Of a stretch of 64,000 bases of DNA, positions 17,284 to 27,340 are shown in pieces. This stretch comes from a bacterium (GTDB lineage Bacteria > Zhuqueibacterota > Zhuqueibacteria > Residuimicrobiales > Krinioviventaceae). The notes under the pieces are model-generated. The model searched no databases. It was not told where the DNA came from and saw only the letters and a program-made list of their open reading frames with translations. Within the stretch, counting starts at the first letter, position 1. Each line of letters begins with the position of its first letter. Location of the stretch: assembly GCA_963675755.2 (NCBI GenBank), contig CAXXMD010000003.1:1536001-1600000 (forward strand), read 5' to 3'. A program made the position numbers and the translations under genes.

Positions 17284-18378
17284 ATGAATCGAGTATGTTT
17301 ATTGCTCATGGTGTTTGTATTGGTATTCACATTTTCATGTGAGAAAAGAGATACAGTTGTAAACGCTGTATATCAAGCGGATCAACTGCAATCAATCACA
17401 AATTCATCGACTGAGGATCTTGGTACACTGATTTTTGAATCTGATCCAATAATCAGGGGAAAGGGTGCACCTGTAACTGAAGAAATTGTCCTTCCGGGTT
17501 TTGATCCTAATAATAATTATGTATTGGTTTTAACCAATGGAGATGAAAACAAGGGGAGTAAGGTAACCAGCTGCTTTGTGATTTTCAATGGAGATACTAT
17601 TATATGTCCTATAGAAATCACAAAAGACACAGAAACGATTGTTAAAGAATTGACAATCGCTGATGAAAACGATTTATCTGCAAGAGTTATGGGTAAACCG
17701 GATAGCTATATAATACTATCGATTTACGAAGAATGTGCTCTTTGCCCACCAACAGTAACTGATATCGATGGAAATGTTTATGAAACTGTTCTGATTGGTG
17801 ATCAGTGTTGGATGAAAGAAGATTTAAATGTTGCACATTATCGAAATGGTGATCCAATTCCTAACGTTACGGATAATTCACATTGGAGTGCTTTGAGTAC
17901 TGGTGCATATTGTTATTACGAAAATAATTCAAGTAATGCTGAAGATTATGGGGCAATGTACAACTGGTTTGCTGTCAACGACGAACGTAATCTTTCTCCG
18001 CTTGGTTGGCACGTGCCTACAGACGAAGAGTGGAAAAAACTTGAAATGTTCCTGGGTATGAGCACAAGTGAAGCAGATGGTTCCAGTTGGAGAGGAACAG
18101 ATGAAGGAGGAAAATTAAAAGAATCAGGTACATCACATTGGTATAGTCCGAATATTGGTGCTACTAATGAAAGTGGATTTACGGCACGTCCTGGAGGCAA
18201 TCGTGTTTATCATGATGGTACATTCAATAGTATGGGATTGTCTGCTGGTTATTGGTGTTCTGGTGAGAGTAGTGATAGTGAAGGCTGGTTGCGATCATTG
18301 AGTCCAGATAATGCACAAATTCACCGGTCCCCTTATCCTAAAAATCAAGGTTTGTCATTAAGGTGTGTTAAAGATTGA
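17284..18378 (+). CDS. Lipoprotein with C-terminal Fibrobacter succinogenes major paralogous (FISUMP) domain
   Basis: Lipobox FSC; VTDIDGNVYETV.IGDQCWM, YG.MYNW.AV, P.GWHVPTDEEW, GLSLRCVKD; GGAGG RBS. Confidence 0.88.
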   Translation: MNRVCLLLMVFVLVFTFSCEKRDTVVNAVYQADQLQSITNSSTEDLGTLIFESDPIIRGKGAPVTEEIVLPGFDPNNNYVLVLTNGDENKGSKVTSCFVIFNGDTIICPIEITKDTETIVKELTIADENDLSARVMGKPDSYIILSIYEECALCPPTVTDIDGNVYETVLIGDQCWMKEDLNVAHYRNGDPIPNVTDNSHWSALSTGAYCYYENNSSNAEDYGAMYNWFAVNDERNLSPLGWHVPTDEEWKKLEMFLGMSTSEADGSSWRGTDEGGKLKESGTSHWYSPNIGATNESGFTARPGGNRVYHDGTFNSMGLSAGYWCSGESSDSEGWLRSLSPDNAQIHRSPYPKNQGLSLRCVKD

Positions 18379-18386
18379 TAATTAAT

Positions 18387-18427
18387 TTTTTGATCTCTAT
18401 TTGACTCTCGTCTAATAGAGATCAAAA
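18387..18427. terminator. Hairpin terminator after the FISUMP gene
   Basis: TTTTGATCTCTATT...AATAGAGATCAAAA inverted repeat. Confidence 0.6.
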
Positions 18428-18457
18428 TGGGTAAATTAAAGGAGATTATTAGAAAAG

Positions 18458-18664
18458 CTGGATCATGGAACCAATGGGGCCGCAGGTCCGCCCACCGGCG
18501 GAACTTGTCCGCCCGCTGGCGGATTCGAATCCCTGCACCCCAGCACAATACACAAGGTCGGTATATCTGGCCTTTTTGCGTTTTAGGGGGAACCGTGTTG
18601 AACTTCCCGGATGTGTTATACAAGTATTACAAAGATCATGACGGAGATCATCTCCGTCATGATC
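18458..18664 (+). repeat. Direct repeat of tRNA-Gln 3' half plus downstream flank (att-like), interrupted by a double-hairpin insertion; includes palindrome copy 2 (18634-18664)
   Basis: CTGGaTCATGGAACC...TTCGAATCCCTGCACCCCAGCACAATACACAAGGTCGGTATATC matches the tRNA from 16544 onward; similarity continues through the palindrome. Confidence 0.9.
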
Positions 18665-18874
18665 AATATTTCATAAATACGTTAAAATGGAATGGTACGA
18701 TCCGGATTGGGGCAGTAAGATTTAGTAAAAATTTTTAAAGGTGATTATGGGGAGTAATGTTGGTGTTTCTTAGATAAGCCCCGGCCACGAGGACGGGGGT
18801 ATGGACAATGGACTGCTATAAAGAATCATTTGCTCAATTTTGGTGAATAGAAATGTTAGGTTTAATAATACAGA

Positions 18875-19588
18875 TTAAAATCCATCACACAAATCCATTC
18901 TAACTGCCAAGTGAAGTGATGATAAGAATTCAGTGGTTTTTGATAATGTATCTAAAATATCTTTTAGTGTGTCATAATCATAGATGAATGTATCAATGAT
19001 TTCGTCATCTTTATCTGACATAACAAAAATTTTTGATGAACGTTTGTCAGTATGGCTTTGTTTTATCACTGCTTCTGTGGCAATTGATTTCATTGAGGAT
19101 TTCATTTCATCTAATTCGGGACTTGTTAGAATTGGATATCTAAAAAACGTACTTCTCTCATCAACTTTATTTATTTTTTTAATCATTTCTAAAAGATCAT
19201 CAGGTACTTCCCAAATTGTTCTTGTATGCTTCTCAAGGGGTTCTTTGTATGTAATAAATAGTTTGAGCACATATTGATATAAAAACTCAATGTTGTGAAT
19301 TTTAGTTAGAGGTCTCCAATTACCTTTTACAAGGATTTCTGGTTTGTCAGAATATTTTTTCTGACTTGTGATAATCTTAAAGGTCTTGTGAAATACAGTT
19401 ATGATTGATTTTAGATATAATTCAATTGAATGTCTAAGCAAATAGCATATTGGTAGTTTGATATTGTACAATTTGTCAGTTTCTTCAGAAGATGATAAAA
19501 GTTTGGATGCTGCATCTCTAAAAGAGTCAGCAGTTGCACCAAAGCCCGAATCGAAATGCTTGTTTATAGGTAAGAAAATATAATGCAT
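18875..19588 (-). CDS. Hypothetical protein, HEPN-like
   Basis: PICYLLRHSIELYLK, KIHNIEFL and FFRYP resemble HEPN-fold proteins; AT-rich. Confidence 0.55.
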   Translation of the reverse strand: MHYIFLPINKHFDSGFGATADSFRDAASKLLSSSEETDKLYNIKLPICYLLRHSIELYLKSIITVFHKTFKIITSQKKYSDKPEILVKGNWRPLTKIHNIEFLYQYVLKLFITYKEPLEKHTRTIWEVPDDLLEMIKKINKVDERSTFFRYPILTSPELDEMKSSMKSIATEAVIKQSHTDKRSSKIFVMSDKDDEIIDTFIYDYDTLKDILDTLSKTTEFLSSLHLAVRMDLCDGF

Positions 19589-19625
19589 AAATTTGGCAAT
19601 CTACTAATAGTTAGTTACTCGGATA

Positions 19626-19816
19626 AATCTCTGCATCACACAAGGTTGGATTTCCAGCCTTTTATTATTTAAGGAGCTGCAGTTGCTTGGTGGACCACTG
19701 GCCCATCATTTGAAAAACAGTTGATTCGAATGATCGTGACGGAGATCATCTCCGTCACGATCAATACTGTGGTTTTGTTTATGTGAGTCCCGGCCACACA
19801 GGCCAGCCTATGGACT
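19626..19816 (+). repeat. Degenerate module: tRNA remnant, terminator, palindrome copy 3 (19732-19762), CCCGGCCAC box
   Basis: AATCTCTGCATCACACAAGGTTGGATTTCCAGCCTTTT; GATCGTGACGGAGA-TCA-TCTCCGTCACGATC; GTCCCGGCCAC...TATGGACT. Confidence 0.8.
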
Positions 19817-19817
19817 T

Positions 19818-20405
19818 TTAATACCCATCGTTGGGGTGCGTTTTTATTTTATAGTTTTCAAAGAATTTCTTTCTGTCTTTCGGCCTTTTAAGCAATTGAA
19901 GTTCAGCATGTAGCAATTCCTTTACCTGCTCATATCCATTTCTTTCAATTTTAAATACTCTCCTAAAGCTCTCCGATAAATCACTTGTACATCCAATAAT
20001 ATTTATAGTCGGATATTCTGCTATATAAATTCCCCAATTCTTACTCTGGCCGTGAACAAACCAATGGGGTATTCCCATTCCAAAATATTCATCAAACTCG
20101 TGAAATTTGTTGTCAAATTCTTTTAGGTCACTCTTTACGGAAAAGGTAGCTTCAAATGGTATTTTTCTGTCTGTTATCGTTGCTCCGATGTTTTCTTTAA
20201 CGAAAAACCTGGATTCTCCAATTTCAATAAGGAGTTTTATAAATTTATTATATTCTTCATCATCTTCAACCAGATGCCCACCCACAGTTAGCAGAAAATC
20301 GAAATCTTGGTTTATGAAAACTTGTTCTGGTGGACAAATAACTTTGTCAGGAGATTGAGCAACGTTAAATATTTCTGATGTATTTGTCATTTTTAAATAC
20401 ACCAT
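19818..20405 (-). CDS. Hypothetical protein
   Basis: 195-aa ORF with GGAGG upstream on the minus strand; no recognisable motif. Confidence 0.7.
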   Translation of the reverse strand: MVYLKMTNTSEIFNVAQSPDKVICPPEQVFINQDFDFLLTVGGHLVEDDEEYNKFIKLLIEIGESRFFVKENIGATITDRKIPFEATFSVKSDLKEFDNKFHEFDEYFGMGIPHWFVHGQSKNWGIYIAEYPTINIIGCTSDLSESFRRVFKIERNGYEQVKELLHAELQLLKRPKDRKKFFENYKIKTHPNDGY

Positions 20406-20674
20406 AATTTTTGAAAATGTATTTTTATATTTATACCTCCCAATAGGCTGTATAAAAGCATTTTAATATATGGAATAAGAAATAAATAAAAATGAAATTT
20501 TACTTTGGGTATGATTTTAGTTAATCATATTTTTGGAAAGAGTCAATAGGAAAATATACATTTTTACTAAAAAACTGTGTAGAGGGTCAAGGACTGTACT
20601 ATCTTGAGTGTATCTGTGGTTAAAGTTTTTATCTATATCTTACTTAAGCTGTAGCGTCCGTATTTTATCTAAAA

Positions 20675-20705
20675 GATCGTGACGGAGATGATCTCCGTCA
20701 CGAGC
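20675..20705. repeat. 31-bp palindromic repeat, copy 4
   Basis: GATCGTGACGGAGA-TGA-TCTCCGTCACGAGC. Confidence 0.9.
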
Positions 20706-20745
20706 GGGATTGTTATTTGTTCACGTTTCGAGACTCGTATCATAT

Positions 20746-20778
20746 CACCTCCCGGAGGTCCCGGACCTCCGGGAGGTG
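20746..20778. repeat. Second REP-like perfect palindrome
   Basis: CACCTCCCGGAGGTC-CCG-GACCTCCGGGAGGTG. Confidence 0.8.
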
Positions 20779-20965
20779 TGCCAGACTTGAAAAATGTGAA
20801 ACAATTGGTTTACATACACGTAGAGAGAAAAAGAAGGTAAATGTATTCATTGCACAAATACAGGATAGCATACAGGGATTGATAAAAGATAAATAGTTTA
20901 TAACAAAGTCAAAAAAACAAGATGGAATCGCTGAGAGTTTCTCGCGTGATTCCGGGGATACGAAT

Positions 20966-21682
20966 ATGTCAAAAAGAGTTGAACATAAAGCGCCTCAAGC
21001 AAACCTGGTTCGCCAATGGATCCGTTTAATAGTGGTGTATCTCTTGATCCCTTTGGTTCTGTTGGTGTGCGGAGGCGATTTTGGTTGGTGGCAGGCATGG
21101 ATCTATGCTTTGCTGATTGTTGCCGCGGGTATTGGCGGACGTATTTGGGCGGAACGGCGGCATCCGGGGTTGCTGGCAGAACGACAAAACATGGAAAAAA
21201 TCCAAAGTGCGAAAGCATGGGATAAAGTGCTTGCTCCGCTCATGGCGCTGAGTGTAAGCTTTCCACTGGTTATAGTGGCGGGATTGGATCACCGCTTTGG
21301 TTGGTCACCCGCATTGCCGTTATGGCTTGTTATTTTCGGTATCATCCTGATAACGCTCGGATACGCTTTCTCCATGTGGGCATTTGTAGAGAACCGATTT
21401 TTCTCCAGCGTTGTGCGTATTCAAGCGGATAGAGGTCATGTGGTGTGTGATAGCGGTCCCTATCGACTGGTTCGGCATCCGGGTTATTCCGGAACGATTT
21501 TGCCATTGTTGGGTATTGTGCTGGCCCTGAGCTCCCTGTGGACACTCGTTCCGGCTGCTGTAGCACTGATCATCTCGGTGATCAGAACCGCGTTAGAAGA
21601 CCAAACATTGCAGCAAGAGTTGCCAGGGTATAAGGAATATACGCAGCGCGTACGCTACAGGCTGTTTCCAGGGATTTACTAA
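20966..21682 (+). CDS. Isoprenylcysteine carboxylmethyltransferase-family (ICMT/PEMT) membrane protein
   Basis: ENRFFSSVVRIQ.DRGH.V...GPYRLVRHPGY; ED..L..EL.GY.EY..RVRYRL.PGIY. Confidence 0.88.
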   Translation: MSKRVEHKAPQANLVRQWIRLIVVYLLIPLVLLVCGGDFGWWQAWIYALLIVAAGIGGRIWAERRHPGLLAERQNMEKIQSAKAWDKVLAPLMALSVSFPLVIVAGLDHRFGWSPALPLWLVIFGIILITLGYAFSMWAFVENRFFSSVVRIQADRGHVVCDSGPYRLVRHPGYSGTILPLLGIVLALSSLWTLVPAAVALIISVIRTALEDQTLQQELPGYKEYTQRVRYRLFPGIY

Positions 21683-21771
21683 TAGGCCCTTAATTTTGTG
21701 ACTGTTGGTATACTGGGAACTCATCCGGATTTAAATAGACTCTCTAAAAGAGAACTGATAATCTAAATCCA

Positions 21772-22809
21772 TCACTCCCGGGGTTTTGCAATCATCATGT
21801 TCAGATACGCTGCAAAGTCTTTTGCAACACCATCCTTTTGATTGATGTAGGTTTGCATGTGTTTGTTCTCATCGGGAATCCATTTACATCCTTTATCAGG
21901 ATCAAAGTCTAAATAGCCGGTTCCGCTGTTTATCAAATAATCGCCAACGCCTTCAACCGCATAATAAACCGTGGCCAGGTCCCAGCTTGGCCTTTGGTCA
22001 TCAAGCGTTTTCTTGCCATACCACCAAAGCCAGTCCCGATAGGCGGTACGGATGATATTGCCGGCAGGTGTCTGTTTTAAGGATTTACCGGTCATCACAT
22101 CAGCACCGGCATCCACAAAAACCATAGGCACCGGTAAATTGTCGATTAGATATTTTGTAAAGGGAGCAGTGCCGTTTTTAAAGAAATTCCAGTCTTGTGT
22201 GTATTCTCTTTTTTTATTGTTTGCGCCAAGCGCACCCAAAGCCACCCAGCGACGGACTTTGGTTCGGACCAGTTCCAATCCGCTCAAAGGCGTTATGGCA
22301 TCTCCTTCCGAAACCAACAGATCATACAATCCCTTGGTATGGCCCACGGTAATATAGGTCACGCTATGGTCCGGCTGTTCTAAAAGTAATTTCCTGTTCA
22401 GTAGTGTTTGTTCAACAGCATCGGTGTTGGATATGATGGTATTGCCGAAAGCATCGGTGTCTTTTACCAGCTTTTCCGCACTCATTTTATCCACGCTATC
22501 ACCAACATCGTCTTTATAGTTCGCACCCACGGGTATCTCGGGCCGGCCACAATAGATATTGATTGCCTGCACAATTCCCGCACCATAGGGTACTTTGCCC
22601 GAGCTATATATAGATCCAAGAATTTCAACCTTGCCCATATCCGCATAGGTATGTAACAGGGCCAGCGCTCCTACATCATCACAATCTGATCCCATATCCG
22701 TATCGAAAATGATTTTGACAGGTTCTGTAATCGATTTTAAATCCGTTTGTGCTAAAACACCAAAATGAGGGATTAACATCAAGAGTAATAAAAGACTGAT
22801 TTTTTTCAT
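21772..22809 (-). CDS. Secreted nucleoside hydrolase-like protein
   Basis: Signal peptide; IIFDTDMGSDCDDVGALA; RPSWD. Confidence 0.8.
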   Translation of the reverse strand: MKKISLLLLLMLIPHFGVLAQTDLKSITEPVKIIFDTDMGSDCDDVGALALLHTYADMGKVEILGSIYSSGKVPYGAGIVQAINIYCGRPEIPVGANYKDDVGDSVDKMSAEKLVKDTDAFGNTIISNTDAVEQTLLNRKLLLEQPDHSVTYITVGHTKGLYDLLVSEGDAITPLSGLELVRTKVRRWVALGALGANNKKREYTQDWNFFKNGTAPFTKYLIDNLPVPMVFVDAGADVMTGKSLKQTPAGNIIRTAYRDWLWWYGKKTLDDQRPSWDLATVYYAVEGVGDYLINSGTGYLDFDPDKGCKWIPDENKHMQTYINQKDGVAKDFAAYLNMMIAKPRE

Positions 22810-22846
22810 GTAGAAGCCTCGATATTCTTGTTCAGTAAAAAATCCG

Positions 22847-24358
22847 TTATGGTTTCTGCGGATTAAACTGAGAGCAGCGGAACGTGTGTTTTTCAAGTTC
22901 CGTTCCTGCCTCATTTATCAGACGAAATGTTACTGTGGGATCCGCTTTTTTCATATCAAAAGTGAATTCACCAAAAGCGATCAATCCGCCGGCGTAACCA
23001 AAAAGCTGTGCCGATTTGTCCGGGGCAAAAGCATCCGGACCGGGAACACCGCCCAGGGTTGCGGCTTCGAATTCATGCAGCGCAAAACCCGATGGCCGTT
23101 CAATCTTGAAACTGCGTGCGCCGTGACGGTCGCCACTCAAAAGCAATACACCGCCTATCTGGTTCTCTTCAATAAAGTCATAGATCTCTTCTCGTCCCGG
23201 AATGTCCCAACTGCCCCACGAGTCTTTTGCTTTGGACATAAAGTCGCTCCACATGGTCCCGCTGGTCAGTATGATAAACCGGGCTTTGGACGCCTTGAGT
23301 GTATTCTTGAGCCATTGCATTTGCTCATCGCCAAGGTAGGATCCTCGCTGTTCCCGTTTTTGCCAGTTTCGGCAAGAGCGGGTATCGAGCATGATGATTT
23401 CCACATCGCCAATGACGGTGTTGAAATAGATCCCGTGGTCTGTGACTGATGTCTGGGGATTAGCCCAGTTTTCCTGCCAGAGTTTCCGCAGCGCGTTGCG
23501 CTGAGTGTTTGTTATCTGACCTTTTTGAAGTCCGGATTTGTCATTGTTCAGATAATCGTGATCATCCCAGCTGGTATAGACCGGAATGTTGGCAGAAAAT
23601 GTCCGCCACGGTTTTGAAACGTCGCGTAATAGATAATCCGCATAGTGCATATTGGAGTTGGTTTCCCGGTCATCCACTGCGATATCACCCAATAACAGCA
23701 TGGCGAGATTGCCGCGCTCTACAATCAACCGCATCAAATTGGGATTGTGTACACCGATCTTATGATAGCAAGAACCAAAGGCAATGCGCATGGTGTCTGT
23801 GGTATTCGGTTCAGGAGCTGTGCGAAAAGAGCCATTACCTAAAACAGCATCTGCATTGTTAACGATTTGGTAGAGGTATGGGGTGTTTGCCGACAATCCG
23901 GTAATCCTGACCCGGGTGGCCGCACCGGGCTGGGTGACCTCGACATTGAAATCCTTTTGCTGTTTTTCTTCCTTATCTGTTATTTTTACGGTTAATGCTT
24001 CTGCGTGGACCGCACGGAACCAGAGGGTAATACCGCTCTCAGAAACATCACCCAACATCGGTCCGCTGATGAGGGCAAGTCCGGCTTTTTTAGCTGCCTC
24101 AATGATCCCTGGATGGGTAAGTGTTGCGTCAGGAGTTTCGACAAGGATTTCACGGGCTGATAGGTAAAAAGTACGTCGCGCTTCCGGCAGGCGTTCAAAA
24201 CTGTCCAAAAGCAGTGTATCAATTTCCAGGCTGCCTACGTGTGCTTGTTTGAGGGATACAATATGGGTCGCCGTATCCGGTGTCGATTCAGCGTAGATGG
24301 ATGAGGTAAACAAACCCCAACATAGCATGAGGCAAAGTATATTCAAACGAAAGTTCAT
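22847..24358 (-). CDS. Alkaline phosphatase D (PhoD)-family metallophosphatase
   Basis: IAFGSC, LLGD, WDDHD, LDTR, LSGDRH motifs; signal peptide. Confidence 0.88.
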   Translation of the reverse strand: MNFRLNILCLMLCWGLFTSSIYAESTPDTATHIVSLKQAHVGSLEIDTLLLDSFERLPEARRTFYLSAREILVETPDATLTHPGIIEAAKKAGLALISGPMLGDVSESGITLWFRAVHAEALTVKITDKEEKQQKDFNVEVTQPGAATRVRITGLSANTPYLYQIVNNADAVLGNGSFRTAPEPNTTDTMRIAFGSCYHKIGVHNPNLMRLIVERGNLAMLLLGDIAVDDRETNSNMHYADYLLRDVSKPWRTFSANIPVYTSWDDHDYLNNDKSGLQKGQITNTQRNALRKLWQENWANPQTSVTDHGIYFNTVIGDVEIIMLDTRSCRNWQKREQRGSYLGDEQMQWLKNTLKASKARFIILTSGTMWSDFMSKAKDSWGSWDIPGREEIYDFIEENQIGGVLLLSGDRHGARSFKIERPSGFALHEFEAATLGGVPGPDAFAPDKSAQLFGYAGGLIAFGEFTFDMKKADPTVTFRLINEAGTELEKHTFRCSQFNPQKP

Positions 24359-24493
24359 CTAGTATGTCCTTTGGTTGTTTTATAGGCTAACAGAGTAAAG
24401 GTTAATTAATTATATTTTTGTTTAAGAATCAATAAAAAAGAATGTGTCATGTTGAGGTTGGAATTACTGATTTGTATATCGGGAGACGGACTT

Positions 24494-24528
24494 TTTATCG
24501 TGACGGAGATTAACTCCGTCACGATAAA
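24494..24528. repeat. Palindromic repeat, copy 5
   Basis: TTTATCGTGACGGAG-ATTAA-CTCCGTCACGATAAA. Confidence 0.88.
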
Positions 24529-24585
24529 TGAACACTGAGAAAGGATTATATGATAAGCGCGTTTAAACGCATGACAGACAATGGA

Positions 24586-25665
24586 TCATTTTGCGCTGTT
24601 TTGATTAATAACATAATGGGTTTCTGTTGGGAACGCCATTTCAATACCGGCTTCATCCAGGTTGCGTTTGATGCCCATATTGACCTTATGAACAATGATC
24701 TTCCAGTTACTGCTGTCCGTGATCCAGTAGACAATTTCCAGATCGAGAGAAAAAGCGCCAAAGTTGGTAAATCTGACCTCGGTATCGTCGCTGTCTATAC
24801 CTTCTACCTCGGCAATGGTTTTTTTAACAATATCTATGGCTTTATCCATATCATCTGCTGTTGTTTCATAGACCAGACCAATGTTCACCACCATCCGGCG
24901 TCGCTCGCGTTTGGAATAGTTTTCCACAACGGTATCCACAATAGCGCTGTTGGGGATAACTACATGCGTACCGCCTACGGTTTTGATGCGGGTGCTTCGC
25001 ATACCCACTTCAAGTACAGAACCGGATTTGCCGCTGATTTCAATCCAGTCGTCAATCTGGAACGGCTTGTCCCAAAAGATGGTAATACCACCGATAATGT
25101 TCTTAACTGCGTCCTGAGCTGCCAGAGCAATGGCCAAACCACCAATACCAATACCGGCCAGAATGGACAATATATCATATCCCAGATTAGACAGGATGAT
25201 GATACCTCCCAGAACCAGAATAACCGTTTTCACGGATTTACGGACGATTGGCAGAATCTGGTCGTCAAGTTTGCTTTTTGATTTTTCGGTAATAGGTTCG
25301 ATGTAAGCGGTGATCAGCATGTCAAAAAACCGTACCAGAAACCAGGTAGCTGTAATTGCAAGCAGGGTAATCACTACATTATGAAAAAACTTTACTCCGC
25401 CTTCATTCAGTGTCAGAAATCGGGCGCCAACCCAAACACCACCACTGACGATCAGCAGAACAATGGGTTCTTCTATAATATCAATGAGATAGTCATCGAA
25501 TTTGGTTTTTGATTTTAGTGCAATTCTACGCAATGAAGTTTTAAAGAAAAAATAGACAATTCTGCCTAATATAATTGACAATACAATGGCGCCGCTTAGC
25601 AGTAGATACTGACCGACTGAATTATTGAACACTGTATAGTCAATAACATTCCGGATAGATTCCAT
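24586..25665 (-). CDS. Small-conductance mechanosensitive channel (MscS family)
   Basis: AGIGIGGLAIALAAQD..KN..GG, KPFQIDDWI, GMRSTRI, IPNS, IEMAFPT. Confidence 0.92.
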   Translation of the reverse strand: MESIRNVIDYTVFNNSVGQYLLLSGAIVLSIILGRIVYFFFKTSLRRIALKSKTKFDDYLIDIIEEPIVLLIVSGGVWVGARFLTLNEGGVKFFHNVVITLLAITATWFLVRFFDMLITAYIEPITEKSKSKLDDQILPIVRKSVKTVILVLGGIIILSNLGYDILSILAGIGIGGLAIALAAQDAVKNIIGGITIFWDKPFQIDDWIEISGKSGSVLEVGMRSTRIKTVGGTHVVIPNSAIVDTVVENYSKRERRRMVVNIGLVYETTADDMDKAIDIVKKTIAEVEGIDSDDTEVRFTNFGAFSLDLEIVYWITDSSNWKIIVHKVNMGIKRNLDEAGIEMAFPTETHYVINQNSAK

Positions 25666-25987
25666 ATGAACTCCCTTTTTATTAAAGAATGGATTCCAAT
25701 AGTTTAGATAGATTTATATTTAAGAAAGGTTTTCTTGCATATCAGGACTAGCGTCCCTTTATTTATATCATTCTTTCCTTTAAAAAATATAATGTATGAA
25801 AAAAAAATATCAGGATAAATATTTATTTTATTAATTACACTGACAGATTTACAAGTTGGTAAACAGGGTACTATAATGAATGAAAAATTTTGAATAGTGG
25901 ACTGCTTAGCCGGGGAATCGGGTTGTAGAGATTGCTGTTGGGAGGATAGGCCGTACCAAACAGCCTTTATAAAAAGTTAATTCGAAA

Positions 25988-26018
25988 GATCGTGACGGAG
26001 ATACTCTCCGTCACGATC
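25988..26018. repeat. 31-bp palindromic repeat, copy 6
   Basis: GATCGTGACGGAGA-TAC-TCTCCGTCACGATC. Confidence 0.9.
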
Positions 26019-26041
26019 ATACTATAGGTAAATATACAGCT

Positions 26042-27103
26042 TTAGATTAAAATATTACGTGCATAGTTAACACATGTCCTGGTTTCTTTGACAGAATTTG
26101 ACCAGGCAGCGATTCTGTATTCCAGTTCAATATCACAATAGATTTGGGGGTATTTGTTTTTGATCAATAACAATATTTCTTCCAGTGGTGTATCACCCTG
26201 TCCCCAAACCTGGTTTGCATTGGGTGGTTCTGTATTGAGACCGGTTTTATCTTTGATGTGCAAACTGTAAATCCGATCATGATATTTTTCAATAAAATCA
26301 CAGGGATTAAGTCCGGTTGAACCCCAATAGTGGCCAACATCAAAATTCAGCATAATACCAGGTGAAACGGCAAGAATGTCATCTACGTTGAAACCTTCTT
26401 CTGCATATTGATAATGATTATGCATGACAGCATACAAACCGTATTTTTCAGCAATCGGGCCCATTTTTTTGGCGGTTTCCAGTCTCATTTCTTCCGTGAT
26501 TCCCATTACATTCATGGCTTTGTTAGCTTTGAATGCATAGTCAATTTCTTCCGGTGACCAGCTAGCTGGTGTCCATTTCATAAGATGAATGTTTACTCCG
26601 GCATCCCGATACATTTGTGCAAGTTCAGCAAATTTATCCATAGGAGCGGATAAACGCCACTGTTTTAAGGCTTCTCTTGAATCTGCGGCCTGTTTTTCAA
26701 GCTCTGCATATTCTTCTTCGGTCAAATCCCGTTCTTGTTGCGCTCTGTACCGTTCATATCCTCTTTGCCCGGGTCTTGGTGGGGCACTTTTTAATTTGGG
26801 TGCGCCACAAAATTCTTCAGCAAGGTTTGTCTGCCTGAATTCTATGGAACTTAGGCCTGCTTCAATACATGCTTTTAGCAGTTCGTCCACATTTGATGGA
26901 TTGATTCCACGAATACTATAAGTTGAGGCGCCTATCTGTACACCGCCAAATTTAGAGTTGGGTTTTCCGACACCGGTGGCCATTGGTGTTGGTTTGGAAG
27001 AACAACCTGTAGTCAATACACCCGCAGTCAAGACGGTTGCTGCGGTGCCTGCTCCAATAAATTGGCGTCTTGATACGTTACCTTTTCCCTTGTTTTTTTT
27101 CAT
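26042..27103 (-). CDS. Tat-exported sugar phosphate isomerase/epimerase (xylose isomerase-like TIM barrel)
   Basis: SRRQFI twin-Arg signal; HNH, NFDVGHY, LHIKD, WGQGDTP, IELEY. Confidence 0.85.
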   Translation of the reverse strand: MKKNKGKGNVSRRQFIGAGTAATVLTAGVLTTGCSSKPTPMATGVGKPNSKFGGVQIGASTYSIRGINPSNVDELLKACIEAGLSSIEFRQTNLAEEFCGAPKLKSAPPRPGQRGYERYRAQQERDLTEEEYAELEKQAADSREALKQWRLSAPMDKFAELAQMYRDAGVNIHLMKWTPASWSPEEIDYAFKANKAMNVMGITEEMRLETAKKMGPIAEKYGLYAVMHNHYQYAEEGFNVDDILAVSPGIMLNFDVGHYWGSTGLNPCDFIEKYHDRIYSLHIKDKTGLNTEPPNANQVWGQGDTPLEEILLLIKNKYPQIYCDIELEYRIAAWSNSVKETRTCVNYARNILI

Positions 27104-27340
27104 ATTCGACCCTTTAAATTTGGATTGAAAATTATATTGAGATTAATTATGTTCGCATGGATGAAAAGTTTTATTTTTTAAAATACATATACTTTTTAAT
27201 ATATACAATATCTTGTCTCATCGCAATAAAATAAACATTTTTTCGCCAGGAGATTTTAATCACCGGTTGAGGTTTAATCCTATATGTTCTTTAAAGAGTT
27301 GCTATTATAAATGAGGCTGACTGCTTGATAACGGACGAAT

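Noticed and set aside
18458-18543. Second functional or intron-containing tRNA-Gln
   Set aside because: The 5' half (acceptor strand and D-arm) is absent and the T-stem is disrupted.
18427-18738. 103-aa ORF and antisense 18345-18623
   Set aside because: These are translations across the tRNA-remnant/palindrome module and have no protein-like features.
24550-25281. 243-aa plus-strand ORF
   Set aside because: Antisense shadow of the well-supported mscS gene.
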